Source: Trichomonas gallinae
Lineage: Eukaryota
DNA length: 57,819 nt
Assembly (NCBI GenBank): GCA_008369845.1
Contig: MRSU01004550.1
Location: 1 to 57,819, forward strand
Direction of reading: 5' to 3'
Positions 22,048 through 32,401 of this stretch are shown here, in pieces (position 1 is the first letter of the stretch; every line of letters begins with the position of its first letter). The notes beneath the pieces are model-generated. The model was not told the DNA's origin. It made no database searches and saw nothing but the letters and a program-made list of their open reading frames with translations. Position numbers and translations under genes: made by a program.

Positions 22048-22927
22048 GCGTAGTATTTGCATATTCATCCATTGTGGATTAATATCATTTAAATTAAATT
22101 ACTGTTTATTTAATTTGATAAATTCAAAATAAGCATAATTTATTTTAATTCAGCAACAATATCACGAAATACCTTCTGAACATCATTACACTTGATTTAA
22201 GATAATCTTCATGAATATGATTTTTAGAATATTATTTCAAAAGAATATGATATAAATTAAACATGCAATAATGATTTCTGGGGCGTTTTATGTTGTATTA
22301 TAGCTTTTAAAAAAACGATTTGAAGATAATTTTTTTGATTGAATATAATATTGAGTTCACCGATCAATTCATATACCAAATGACTGTCATGTAGCTAAAT
22401 AGTAATAATTCAAAATATTTATAGTCATATAACTATTTATAATTGATAATTTTTTTATATATTTAAACACCTTATTTTACAGCGCAAATAGTCTAATAAT
22501 TTGTTTTGCAATGTAATTTTTGTATATACAACAGCATAACTTTAAATTTAATTTTCACATTAAATATTAAAGGAATTAATTGTTTTTATGATCTGATTAT
22601 ATCATAAATAGCTGAATTATGATGGTTATAATGATTAATTTTGAATGTTGACGTTTAAATAAAGTTGCAACAATTTGATTAACTGATCCAAATCATTATT
22701 AAGCAATATAATTATAACTATTGATATTATTAATACGAATATGATCGATTTGTAAATATGATTAAGCCGTTTAACAAAAGCACTGGCCAAAATTAAATCG
22801 ATTTTCCAAAAAATCATTATATCTGCATGCCAATCATCAAGCGATGATGCCCAGACCAATAGAAAGCGTCTGACAAGATGTATGAAAGTTTTACATGAAA
22901 GTCACCGTTTATTAATTATTTATTGAT

Positions 22928-23824
22928 ATGGATTCTGCTCAGGCACTTGCACCAACGAGGCAACGCCAGAAAGCAGTGTCGCGGACGCACAACAACAAGT
23001 GGAGCCAAGAGGATGACGCTTTGCTCCAGCGCTTGATGCTGACAGAACCTACAGAAAATTTTGCGTCATTACTTTCATATTTTCCAGGAAAAACAGCAAC
23101 ACAGATCGGAGAAAGATGGAGCAAAGTTCTTGATCCTAAATTAATCAAAGGATCATGGACTAGAGAAGAAGATGAAATAATTATAAAGTTCGTAAACGAA
23201 CATGGTACTAAAAACTGGAAGAAATTAGCTGACATTCTTCCAGGAAGATTGGGTAAACAGTGTAGAGAGAGATGGCGCAATCACCTTGATCCGAATGTTA
23301 ATAGAAGTCCATGGACTGCAGAAGAAGATGCACTTCTTATCCAGCTCCATGATAAATACGGTAACCAATGGGTTAAGATATCTGAAATGTTCAACGGACG
23401 AAGCGATAACTGCGTGAAAAATAGATGGAATTCGACACTCAAGAAACAGTTATATTACGACAAACTCGGTATCCAGAGACCAAAGCGTGGTCGCCCGTCG
23501 TTACAGAAAACTCCTAAATCTGCTGATGATATTCCAAAGCCGCCAAAGTTGGAGGAGATTGCAGCACAGATACAGGATGTCGAACCAAAGCCAGCTTCTA
23601 CACCAACATTGACGCCGTCCCTTCAGACTCCGCTTTTCTCACCTTTTTTGAAATCTCCTTTCCAGCAGGCTTCTCCTTCAATGGAGAAGGAGATCTTGCC
23701 TATATCTATGTCCCCTTCACTCCGCGATGACCAATTCAGTTTCTCTCCCAATATGCTCTTCAATGGCTTCTCTCTGTTCTCTCCTAGGCCAACAGGCAAT
23801 CAAAATAATAATATTTCTTTGTAA
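22928..23824 (+). CDS. Three-repeat (R1R2R3) Myb transcription factor
   Basis: KWSQEDDALL, KGSWTREEDE..GRLGKQCRERWRNHL and PWTAEEDALL..GRSDNCVKNRWNS; AT-hook-like KRGRP; SP/TP-rich tail. Confidence 0.93.
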   Translation: MDSAQALAPTRQRQKAVSRTHNNKWSQEDDALLQRLMLTEPTENFASLLSYFPGKTATQIGERWSKVLDPKLIKGSWTREEDEIIIKFVNEHGTKNWKKLADILPGRLGKQCRERWRNHLDPNVNRSPWTAEEDALLIQLHDKYGNQWVKISEMFNGRSDNCVKNRWNSTLKKQLYYDKLGIQRPKRGRPSLQKTPKSADDIPKPPKLEEIAAQIQDVEPKPASTPTLTPSLQTPLFSPFLKSPFQQASPSMEKEILPISMSPSLRDDQFSFSPNMLFNGFSLFSPRPTGNQNNNISL

Positions 23825-24222
23825 GCAATGTTATTTAAAAGTCTTCTATATTACCTTGGAAAACAAAAATAATATTTTTCAAGAAATTCGATTTTCGGCT
23901 TTTTAACAAGTAAATCACAATCATATGCATAAGCTATTTAAAAAGAAAGAGTCTTCTTTTTTGTTGATTTTCGAAAATCTAATCTAAATATTTAGCAAAA
24001 TCTACAAAATTTACTTGAAAATATATAAAATCTTGATTTTTTCAAAAATCTAAAATTTGGGAAATGATCTATTTTATACCAATATTAAAAATTATTCATC
24101 AAAAAATACGAAATTCTCATATTTTAGATTTCATATTATAATTTTGAAAATTATGCAAAAATATGTTCAGGGATTTAAAAGGCTTGCTGTAATAAAGTAA
24201 TACAAACAATTTATTCTAAACA

Positions 24223-25311
24223 TTACATAATTCTACATCCACAGCTAGAATCTCTATCGTAACTGTTCTCGCTAGATTGGATTTCTTCTTCGCATGATCG
24301 TTGTGGATCCTTTTGCCATAGTCTTTCTTTCATGTCGCTCGGTAAATCTGGTGGCAATTCCGGTTTTTCTGTAGCAGGCATAAATAGCGGTATTTTTGAT
24401 GCCGTTTCGACTATTTCGATAGCTGTTTTCTCCCAATCGTATTTATCTGAATAACTTGAGTTTGTTTCGATCATCGCTTCTCCAAGTAGCTGATAAAACA
24501 GGTCGTAATTAGGCTTATCTTCTCGTTTCATGCTCATAATCAATCTGTATATAATTATATATTGATGAGGAAGACCTTCGCAGGCTTTTGCCATATCAGT
24601 TTCTTTTTTCGCAGCGAAAACAACTGGCTTGTTGTTAATCGTAGGCCATGGCAGTTCACCTGTCTGTATTTTCAATAAAACGCAGAACCAAGAAAATAAA
24701 TCATCGCATCTGCCTAGTTCCAAGCCATTGTGCGCATTAAGCGAGGCATAAGGAACAGTTCCAACGAAGCCAGGATTTTCACGAGGAGGAATTTCTTCTC
24801 CATTATCATCCAAATATGGTTTAGAAAGTCCAAAATCAATCAAAGTAAGCGGGTGTTTTCTACTTGGACGTATCAGGAAGTTGCCTGGCTTAATATCTCT
24901 GTGCAACATTCCGTGTTTATGAAATTCTTCGATGCATCTCAGCATTTCTATGCCTAATCTTATAGATGTTGAGGTAGAGAAGATAGCTCCATGCGATATC
25001 CTCCTTGCACCTATAAGAGATGGACCTAGAAGCTCAAGAATTAAGTATCGCCAATGTTCGTTTTCACCATAATCGTGATATTTCGGGAAAAACGGAGAGT
25101 TTTGAACTTTCTTTAGTATACCTGTTTCTTTCTCGAGATTTGCTTTCTTGAATGACTTACTTTCAAGTTTGATGGCCCAAATCGTTTGGTCTTTAGTGTC
25201 TTGGCAGGTGTAGATGTCGCCAAAAGATCCATGGCCGACGAACTCCTGGATCACGTACCTATCGAAGGCAGTGCCCGGAGCTAGACGCGGACGCTGCTCT
25301 TTCGAAGTCAT
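24223..25311 (-). CDS. CK1-family (TTBK-like) protein kinase
   Basis: GHGSFGDIY, ELLGPSL, HRDIKPGNF, IDFGL, GTVPYASLNAH and GRCDDL; ends in CGCRIM. Confidence 0.93.
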   Translation of the reverse strand: MTSKEQRPRLAPGTAFDRYVIQEFVGHGSFGDIYTCQDTKDQTIWAIKLESKSFKKANLEKETGILKKVQNSPFFPKYHDYGENEHWRYLILELLGPSLIGARRISHGAIFSTSTSIRLGIEMLRCIEEFHKHGMLHRDIKPGNFLIRPSRKHPLTLIDFGLSKPYLDDNGEEIPPRENPGFVGTVPYASLNAHNGLELGRCDDLFSWFCVLLKIQTGELPWPTINNKPVVFAAKKETDMAKACEGLPHQYIIIYRLIMSMKREDKPNYDLFYQLLGEAMIETNSSYSDKYDWEKTAIEIVETASKIPLFMPATEKPELPPDLPSDMKERLWQKDPQRSCEEEIQSSENSYDRDSSCGCRIM

Positions 25312-25557
25312 TTTCTAAAAAAAAAATTGATTTTCGGATCAATTTCATTTTCCAAATATTTGTTACATATCAGAAAAGAGAAAAATAATGTTTTTTCTTT
25401 TTAATACATTTTAGGGTCTGGAATATTTAAACAGGGGGTTAATTTTGAACTTACAACATTTCGAGATTATTTAATATTTACAATATAATACTTATGATAA
25501 TCAAAATGGAGTCAAAATCGGAGATTTTTATTCTAATTTTTATTTATGACAGAAGAT

Positions 25558-25610
25558 TTTACACGTCAGAAATTTGTAATTACATAACAAAAATTATTCA
25601 TTACGTGTCA
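25558..25610. repeat. Three TTACRYGTCA-like motifs at 21-bp spacing
   Basis: TTTACACGTCA at 25558, ATTACATAACA at 25579, ATTACGTGTCA at 25600. Confidence 0.65.
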
Positions 25611-26123
25611 TATTGTCAAAAAATTATCCATATCCTGTTTCTCATTGACCAGTCTAATAATACTACTTAACTAAACATTAAATTTGTGCCTAGTAAATTT
25701 TTCGAAGTAGAAATTAGGAGCATTGGGCAAGGTATTGAATATCCGAATCATATAATCTATTTTCGAAATTACAAATTGCAAATTATAGAAATATCATAGG
25801 AGAGTACTTATAAGACTTAAAACTATTTACTTATCAAATCTCAAAAGCGAAATACTTATATTAAAAATCCATGATCAAAAAATATTCAATTTCTGATGAA
25901 ATGCTTTGAATAACATACTCAAAAGAAATCAAAATGAACAATACTTTGAAATCAGAAACAGTTTCTGCATTAAATAATTTACTTTATATCATATTTTTGT
26001 TTTCCGAATGATTTTTGGAAAGAAAGAGGAGAAAAATTAAAATGTCATAATAATACTTTATTTAGTTTTGATTAATAAATGTTATAAGATCTTTATTTTA
26101 TGGAATAAGAATTGTATGTGAAT

Positions 26124-27284
26124 TTACTTCTGTTCAAGAAGGTTACGGAGCCAGTTGGCTGGTGTCTTGGCGTTTGGCTTGCCGTTCTTTTCGAGCTTGC
26201 CCTCCTTAATGAGGCGCTTCTTCTCGAGAGCGACTGGACCATTACCCCAAGACTTAGTATATGTGCCGCGGTCCATAATAACACGCTTGATCTTGGCGGC
26301 GATGCCGTGATCAGCAATCGACATCTGTTCGCCACTCATCTGTGCAATAGCGAGGGCAATAGCCTCACCCTTTGTTGTAATGATAACGATTTCATCGTTT
26401 GTCTCGATAGAAGGCTCGAATCTCATGACACCTGGAAGAAGAACCTTGGCACCGTGGCAAATGGCGTCAACGGCAGAATCCTTGACGACGATTCTCTTCA
26501 TCTTTCTAAGCATCCATTCGAGTGGGCGGACAACGCGGCGCATATACTTCTCGTTTCCGTCCTTGTCGAGTAAGTACTTAGCATCGAGGACATCGTGCAT
26601 TGTGACGAGGCCCTCTGTTTCAACTGTGAAACCTGAGCGTGTTCTACGAAGTTCAGCCATTTCACCACCAACACCGAGGTAAAGACCGATGTGCTCGCAA
26701 AGTGTACGGATATATGTACCAGCTTCGCAAGAAACGCGTAAGATAGCTAAGTTTTGCTCAGCGTCGTATTCGATTAATTCGTTTTCATAGATTTGGCGGA
26801 CACGAAGTTGTTTCTTAACTGCAGAGATTGCCGGTGGGCATTGGTAAAGCTTGCCAGTGAAGAATTTGACCGCCTCCTGGAGTTTCTCGTATGGAACTGT
26901 ATTGAATAAGCGAAGAACTGAAACGTATTCTTTACCTGCGTTCTGCTGAGCCTTGCCGATACGTGTGGCGCGCTCAATGCAGATGATAAGGCATCCAGTA
27001 ACCTTTGGATCGAGGGTGCCGGAGTGTCCTGTCTTTTCAACTTTAAGAATTCTCTTTACCCACGAAACAATTTCATGTGATGATGGATTGGATGGCTTAT
27101 CGAGATTGATAACACCATACTTCATGTATTCACGTAATGGGCGCTTTAATGGCGAATGTCCGTTCGGGAATGGTGTGAAAACACCTGTTTTGCATGTGAG
27201 GTTTGTGTAGCCCTTAAGAAGAAGTGGCCACTTCTCGGTATCGATTGTTGTTGTCTCGTTAGAAGGCTCAATCTTTTCGCTCAT
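26124..27284 (-). CDS. CBF5: H/ACA ribonucleoprotein pseudouridine synthase Cbf5/dyskerin
   Basis: [35 protein letters not shown] (catalytic Asp), [11 protein letters not shown] and a PUA domain. Probable start MSEK at 27284; an in-frame upstream ATG exists at 27344. Confidence 0.97.
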   Translation of the reverse strand: MSEKIEPSNETTTIDTEKWPLLLKGYTNLTCKTGVFTPFPNGHSPLKRPLREYMKYGVINLDKPSNPSSHEIVSWVKRILKVEKTGHSGTLDPKVTGCLIICIERATRIGKAQQNAGKEYVSVLRLFNTVPYEKLQEAVKFFTGKLYQCPPAISAVKKQLRVRQIYENELIEYDAEQNLAILRVSCEAGTYIRTLCEHIGLYLGVGGEMAELRRTRSGFTVETEGLVTMHDVLDAKYLLDKDGNEKYMRRVVRPLEWMLRKMKRIVVKDSAVDAICHGAKVLLPGVMRFEPSIETNDEIVIITTKGEAIALAIAQMSGEQMSIADHGIAAKIKRVIMDRGTYTKSWGNGPVALEKKRLIKEGKLEKNGKPNAKTPANWLRNLLEQK

Positions 27285-27822
27285 TACTAATTTTTTTTGA
27301 ACAGCTGTGGCTGGACCAGGGCTTATCGTCCAGTCCACAATCATTATTTTGTTGCTATTTTTGGCTTATATTCTCTATTTATATAATATTTCTCCTTAAA
27401 ATTTTTGATTTATTCATTTATTTGGAATTGTGGATTTTTTATTTCTCATTTTTGAGACTTTTTACTAATATAAATAAACTATATTATCTCTATATATTAC
27501 AGTTCTTATTAAGAAATTGTGATTTCTTTGATATTTCATAATTTCAATAAAATATCAATCATAAATTACCTTTTCGGATATCATGGAAATGAATTATATA
27601 TCCAAAAATCCATATTTTAATATGTGAAAAAGTTCAAATTTTGAATAATATATTTTTGAAAGATATATCAAGGATTTCAAGATATGTCGTATTAAAAATC
27701 CTAATTGTCATGTACAAAAATTGATATTCTAATATGTTAGAAGTTGCAAATGTTGAATTTGAGAAATATCAAAATTATATTTGTCTAATAATGAATAATA
27801 TAGTTTATGATTATATAATAAT

Positions 27823-28593
27823 TTAGGCTTCCCACTCGTTCTTGTTAGCCCATTCCTCGTTTGTGGCACCAGCCTTGATCTCAGCCTTTGGAACAGCGGC
27901 GTTGATGATGGCGCCCTCTTCAGCGACTGTCTCTTCGCCTTCAGCCTCGAGAGCTTCAGCAATCTTGGCTTCATCCTGAGCATCACGATAGAAGAAGAGA
28001 TCTGGAAGGACAGACCACTCCTGTGTGCGTGTGAGGCCACCACGGAGGCGGAGAACCTCACGTGTAAGGAGCCACATGACGAGACCCATTGACATTTTGT
28101 TCTTTGTATTGCATGGGATAACGCAGTCAACGTAGTCAAGGTGAGCATCTGTGTCGCAAAGAGCGATGCATGGGATGTTAGCGTAAGCAGCTTCATGAAC
28201 AGCCTGTGAATCTGTGTTTGGATCACAAACAATCATGAGGCGTGGCTCGCAGAAGCTCTTGATTGAGTAGTTTGTAAAGAGACCTGGTGTGAAACGCTGC
28301 TCAACGTAGTTAGCGCCGAGGAATTCAGCGAATTTGTGGACGGCGCGTGTGCCGAATGGCTTTGTGGAGATTGCGAGGACATCCTTTGGCTCGTCGACGG
28401 CGTAGATCATGCGTGCAGCAAGCTTGATCTTCTCGTATGTGTGTGAAAGGTTGATAATATAAGAACCATCTTTCCTGCGTGAGAAAACGTATGGCTTCAT
28501 TCCGAAGGAGAGGTTAGCAGAGCCAAGGTAGACCTTAGCAGCAAGCATCATCTTGATAACGGCTTCACGGTCCTGAACAGCTGTCGCAGACAT
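27823..28593 (-). CDS. RPSA: 40S ribosomal protein SA (uS2)
   Basis: MLAAKVYLGS, RFTPGLFTN, EPRLMIVCDP and IPCNTK; strong codon bias; pyrimidine-rich CCCTTCC upstream. Confidence 0.97.
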   Translation of the reverse strand: MSATAVQDREAVIKMMLAAKVYLGSANLSFGMKPYVFSRRKDGSYIINLSHTYEKIKLAARMIYAVDEPKDVLAISTKPFGTRAVHKFAEFLGANYVEQRFTPGLFTNYSIKSFCEPRLMIVCDPNTDSQAVHEAAYANIPCIALCDTDAHLDYVDCVIPCNTKNKMSMGLVMWLLTREVLRLRGGLTRTQEWSVLPDLFFYRDAQDEAKIAEALEAEGEETVAEEGAIINAAVPKAEIKAGATNEEWANKNEWEA

Positions 28594-29405
28594 TTATTTT
28601 TTGTGGAAGGGCCAAGGATTTTTTCTTTTGCCTTATTTTTGTGGTATTATTAACACATACATTTTATATTATCTAAATATTCTAAAATTTTCAGTTTTTA
28701 GTCAATCGGAACCAAAAAACTTGATGTAACTCTTCATTTCATATATGCAGTCAGTCTTCTGTGATTTAAAATTAGAATTTTGGTTGATATACAATGCATT
28801 TTGAAGGTTGGTTTGATATGAAAAAGATTTTTTGGTAAGATATATCTAGTTCGAAATTTTTTAAATCTGTACTGTTTCATAATCAAAATATAGGCTCAAA
28901 TCAAAAGTGTAAAGGGATTCTATTAACTAAAGTGTTATGTTTCTAGTGAAATTGTGGAAAATTTATATAGAAAAATGAATATGTCCAGCCAATTCTTCCA
29001 GAATTCAATCGTAATGCTGGGAAGAACCATATAAATCTACTGTATAAATCACAAAGTGAACTAACTATAGGATTGTCCTTATTAATCAGAAATCGAGTAA
29101 AAGATGACACTTCGAAAAAGTTAGATTCGTGTTTCCTATCTCCTACACAGAAGATTTTCATCGGACAAATTCAAAAATATAGTTATCCACAAAATTTTTT
29201 ATATTTTATGTGAATTTTTGATTCTGAATTGGGAAATACAATAGATAAGCCAAAACAAAGTGATTCCAGCCAAAAAAATGTCGCGAACACAACTTTTTCA
29301 AAAATAGCCAAGAAAATTTAGCCGTAAAAAACGGCAACAAAAAACACCAATAGTTTATAAATGTTTCCAAAATTTTTCTCATTGAATTTTCTTCATTTTT
29401 CGAAA

Positions 29406-30308
29406 ATGGGCAACTTATTGAGTAGCGCACGACGACTTCCCGAAAGATTCGTGGATCTCGATCAAGAAACTCAACCATCCGAGGCGGAATCCAATGTAAT
29501 TTCCGGCCTTCGTCCAATCAATTTCGAAGATGTATTTAATAAGTTATCAAATTACCACGCACATACAGCCGAAATCAATAGCATTGCGAGTTACTCAGAT
29601 GAACGTGCACAAGAAGTGTATGAAAACACCAAATCAAACGTTCAATTCTTATCGGATTTATATGAATTTTGCGAGCAAGCCACAAATAACTTTGTTGCAC
29701 TTGTCGACTACCTTATGAAATCAGATGCCATCATCACTATGCGCACACTTAACAGAAACAAACACATTACAAAAGTAATTGTTGATTATATGACATATGT
29801 GATGGAGATTGATCGTGTCAAGATGAACCAACCGAACATACTCATGGACTTATCATTCTACAGGCGTACAACTCAGAGAAATATGCAGAACGTGATGAGC
29901 GACCAACTGTATGTAAAATCGGGGCAAATTACATTATTCTTAGGCGAATCAACTCCATTCTATGCCATGCTTTATAAAGAGACTAATTCTCGTTTCGCAA
30001 CAGAAAATGAAAAGCTGACTAAGCTTTTTGGCTTCATCTGCAACAACTGCGGTGCGTGCTTACAAGCGCATAATGACTCGGCTAACAAGAAAAAGTGGCT
30101 TTCTGCCATGACAGTCTCTTTCTTGGTTATTGATCATTCCAGTGGAAATGCATATAACAAGCGCAACGCTTTCGCTCCAATCCGTTGTTTGGAACAAATG
30201 TTCAATCAACCACAAGAAATGCGCTTTTATACTGATTCTCTGAAGTACAATAGCAAGCATCTCGAAGATAAGAGCAACTTCAGACAAATTAAGACAATGT
30301 TTGCATAA
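29406..30308 (+). CDS. CYRI/FAM49 (DUF1394) Rac-binding protein homolog
   Basis: MGNLL start, FVDLDQETQPSEAE and IDRVKMNQPNILMDLSFYRRT resemble FAM49 segments (MGNLL..FLDFENAQPTE; FDELKM.NPAIQNDFSYYRR). Confidence 0.85.
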   Translation: MGNLLSSARRLPERFVDLDQETQPSEAESNVISGLRPINFEDVFNKLSNYHAHTAEINSIASYSDERAQEVYENTKSNVQFLSDLYEFCEQATNNFVALVDYLMKSDAIITMRTLNRNKHITKVIVDYMTYVMEIDRVKMNQPNILMDLSFYRRTTQRNMQNVMSDQLYVKSGQITLFLGESTPFYAMLYKETNSRFATENEKLTKLFGFICNNCGACLQAHNDSANKKKWLSAMTVSFLVIDHSSGNAYNKRNAFAPIRCLEQMFNQPQEMRFYTDSLKYNSKHLEDKSNFRQIKTMFA

Positions 30309-31362
30309 TAATTTTCTTGAATATTCTGTAAATTAAATAAAAATTTCTAAAACAAACTCTCACTATTTCATTTGCTTCGCAAATGGAAATATACATCTAA
30401 GTAATTATTCCTTTTGCGACAATTTATTAGATTTTTTATTCAAAATATTCCAAACAAGATTTTTGAGTTTGTTAAGTCATATAGACAATCAAATAAGTCA
30501 AAAAAAGAATATATTTCAAGTCAGAGCATATGATTACCATATAGGATTTCATGGCAAAATTATTCAATATGATAAAGATGATGAATTATCCAATTTTACT
30601 TTTAGCATCAGCTAAAGTATACACATACAGAAACATGGCAAACGTGCTTTGATATAATTCCTTATTTTTGATTTTGCAATTTTTCTCTCGTTAAGAAATA
30701 AAGTCACTAAACTTAATTTCTCTGAGAATGAATATATTTGCAAGAAAGTTTATTGATCAGAAATGAAATGCTGAAATATCAAATCTCCTGTAACTCATTT
30801 CTACACATTGACAACTAGTTTACAGCCATCTATATACTTTGCTTATATTATGCTTATAGATAGATAACCAAAGGTAGCCGAATTTCGAATTCGATCAAAT
30901 ATCTTGATTGGTTTGACAAAACTAGATGGAGAAATCTATGAGTCTCGCCATATATATGAACATAATAGTTATAGAATGTTGTAATACAAGATTGCCACGA
31001 ATCAAAACCGCGTATTACTTTTATTCAATGAAATTATGCTCTATACAACTACTAGAGTGTATAGAAGCGATATTATAGCAAGAACAATAACAGTTTTAGT
31101 TAGAAAAAAAAATTCAAAACTCTCATTCAAAGAACCGAAAAAATCCAAAATAAACTTCACAAATTAATTCTCAAATTCGCCGATTATAATATTTGAAATT
31201 ATAACAAATTTAAATGTTTTTATAATATTTTTCCAAATGGTTTTAAATATATCATTATTAGATGATGCATATAAGAATTACAGTGTTTGTCGAAAATTAT
31301 TGACCGATTATCCTTTGAAAATTTTTGACAAAATTTATAAAAGTGTCAATTCAGTTCAATTC

Positions 31363-32235
31363 ATGTCTGAGCCGCTCGTTTTAGCCATACAGAGCCATGT
31401 AACACACGGCAAATGCGGAAACGTGTCTGCAGCACTCCCAATTGAGGTCAATGGTATCGAAGTTGACCTCTTAAACACTGTTAACTTCTCAACACACACA
31501 GCCTACAAGCATGTTAAGGGGACAATCATGAATCTTGAACAGTTCAGAGATATCATGGACGGATTGAGATTCAACAAGGTCCTTGAGACATACACACACC
31601 TCTTGACAGGTTACATCGGCGACCCAGCTGTTGTTAAAGAACTCGTAAACTTAAAGAAGGAATTGAACAAGGATGTTCATTACTTCTGCGACCCTGTTTT
31701 GGGAGATGCTTGTGGTTATTATGTTGACAAGTCTTGCTTGGCAATTTTGAGAGATGAGGTTGTACCAGTCGCAGATACAATCTCTCCAAACTCATATGAA
31801 GCCGAGTGGCTCACAGACAGGAAGATCAATAACCAGAAGGATTTGATTGAAGTCGTTGAGGCCCTCCACAAGCTTGGTCCAAAGAATGTCATCATCTCCA
31901 GCATGGTCTGGAAGAATCGATATGTATTCTTCAGCTTCGAAAACGGAAAGCATCAATTCGTTTTCACAACACCAAGCTTCGATAGAGGCTTTGTCGGCCC
32001 AGGCGATATCTTCGCTGCTCTTCTTCTTGCTTACTTGATCAAATACAAGGATGATTACAAGAAGATTGCTACAGAAACAGTCAATGCTACATTTGCTGTT
32101 ATCAAGAAGACATACGAGCTTGGCTACAGAGAACTCGCATTGCACAAGTCTGTTGAACTCATCATGAATCCTCCAATCGTTTCTGAGCCGCTTAAGATGG
32201 AAGATTTCCTCAACATCAAGCAGGAAGACCTCTAA
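31363..32235 (+). CDS. pdxK: Pyridoxal kinase
   Basis: VLAIQSHVTHGKCGN, FSTHTAY, LLTGYIG, CDPVLGD, ISPNSYEAE and FVGPGDIF. Confidence 0.95.
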   Translation: MSEPLVLAIQSHVTHGKCGNVSAALPIEVNGIEVDLLNTVNFSTHTAYKHVKGTIMNLEQFRDIMDGLRFNKVLETYTHLLTGYIGDPAVVKELVNLKKELNKDVHYFCDPVLGDACGYYVDKSCLAILRDEVVPVADTISPNSYEAEWLTDRKINNQKDLIEVVEALHKLGPKNVIISSMVWKNRYVFFSFENGKHQFVFTTPSFDRGFVGPGDIFAALLLAYLIKYKDDYKKIATETVNATFAVIKKTYELGYRELALHKSVELIMNPPIVSEPLKMEDFLNIKQEDL

Positions 32236-32401
32236 ATCAGCGTAAATATTAATTTATCTATTACAAAATTCAAATTATTTTTTTAACATCAACAAAAATC
32301 ATTAAATATTGATTTCTTTTCGCATATATAATGATTTAAAGAAATTCTAAATAGAAACGTGAGGTTTTATAACAATACTAAAAGAAAATAAAATATAATA
32401 A

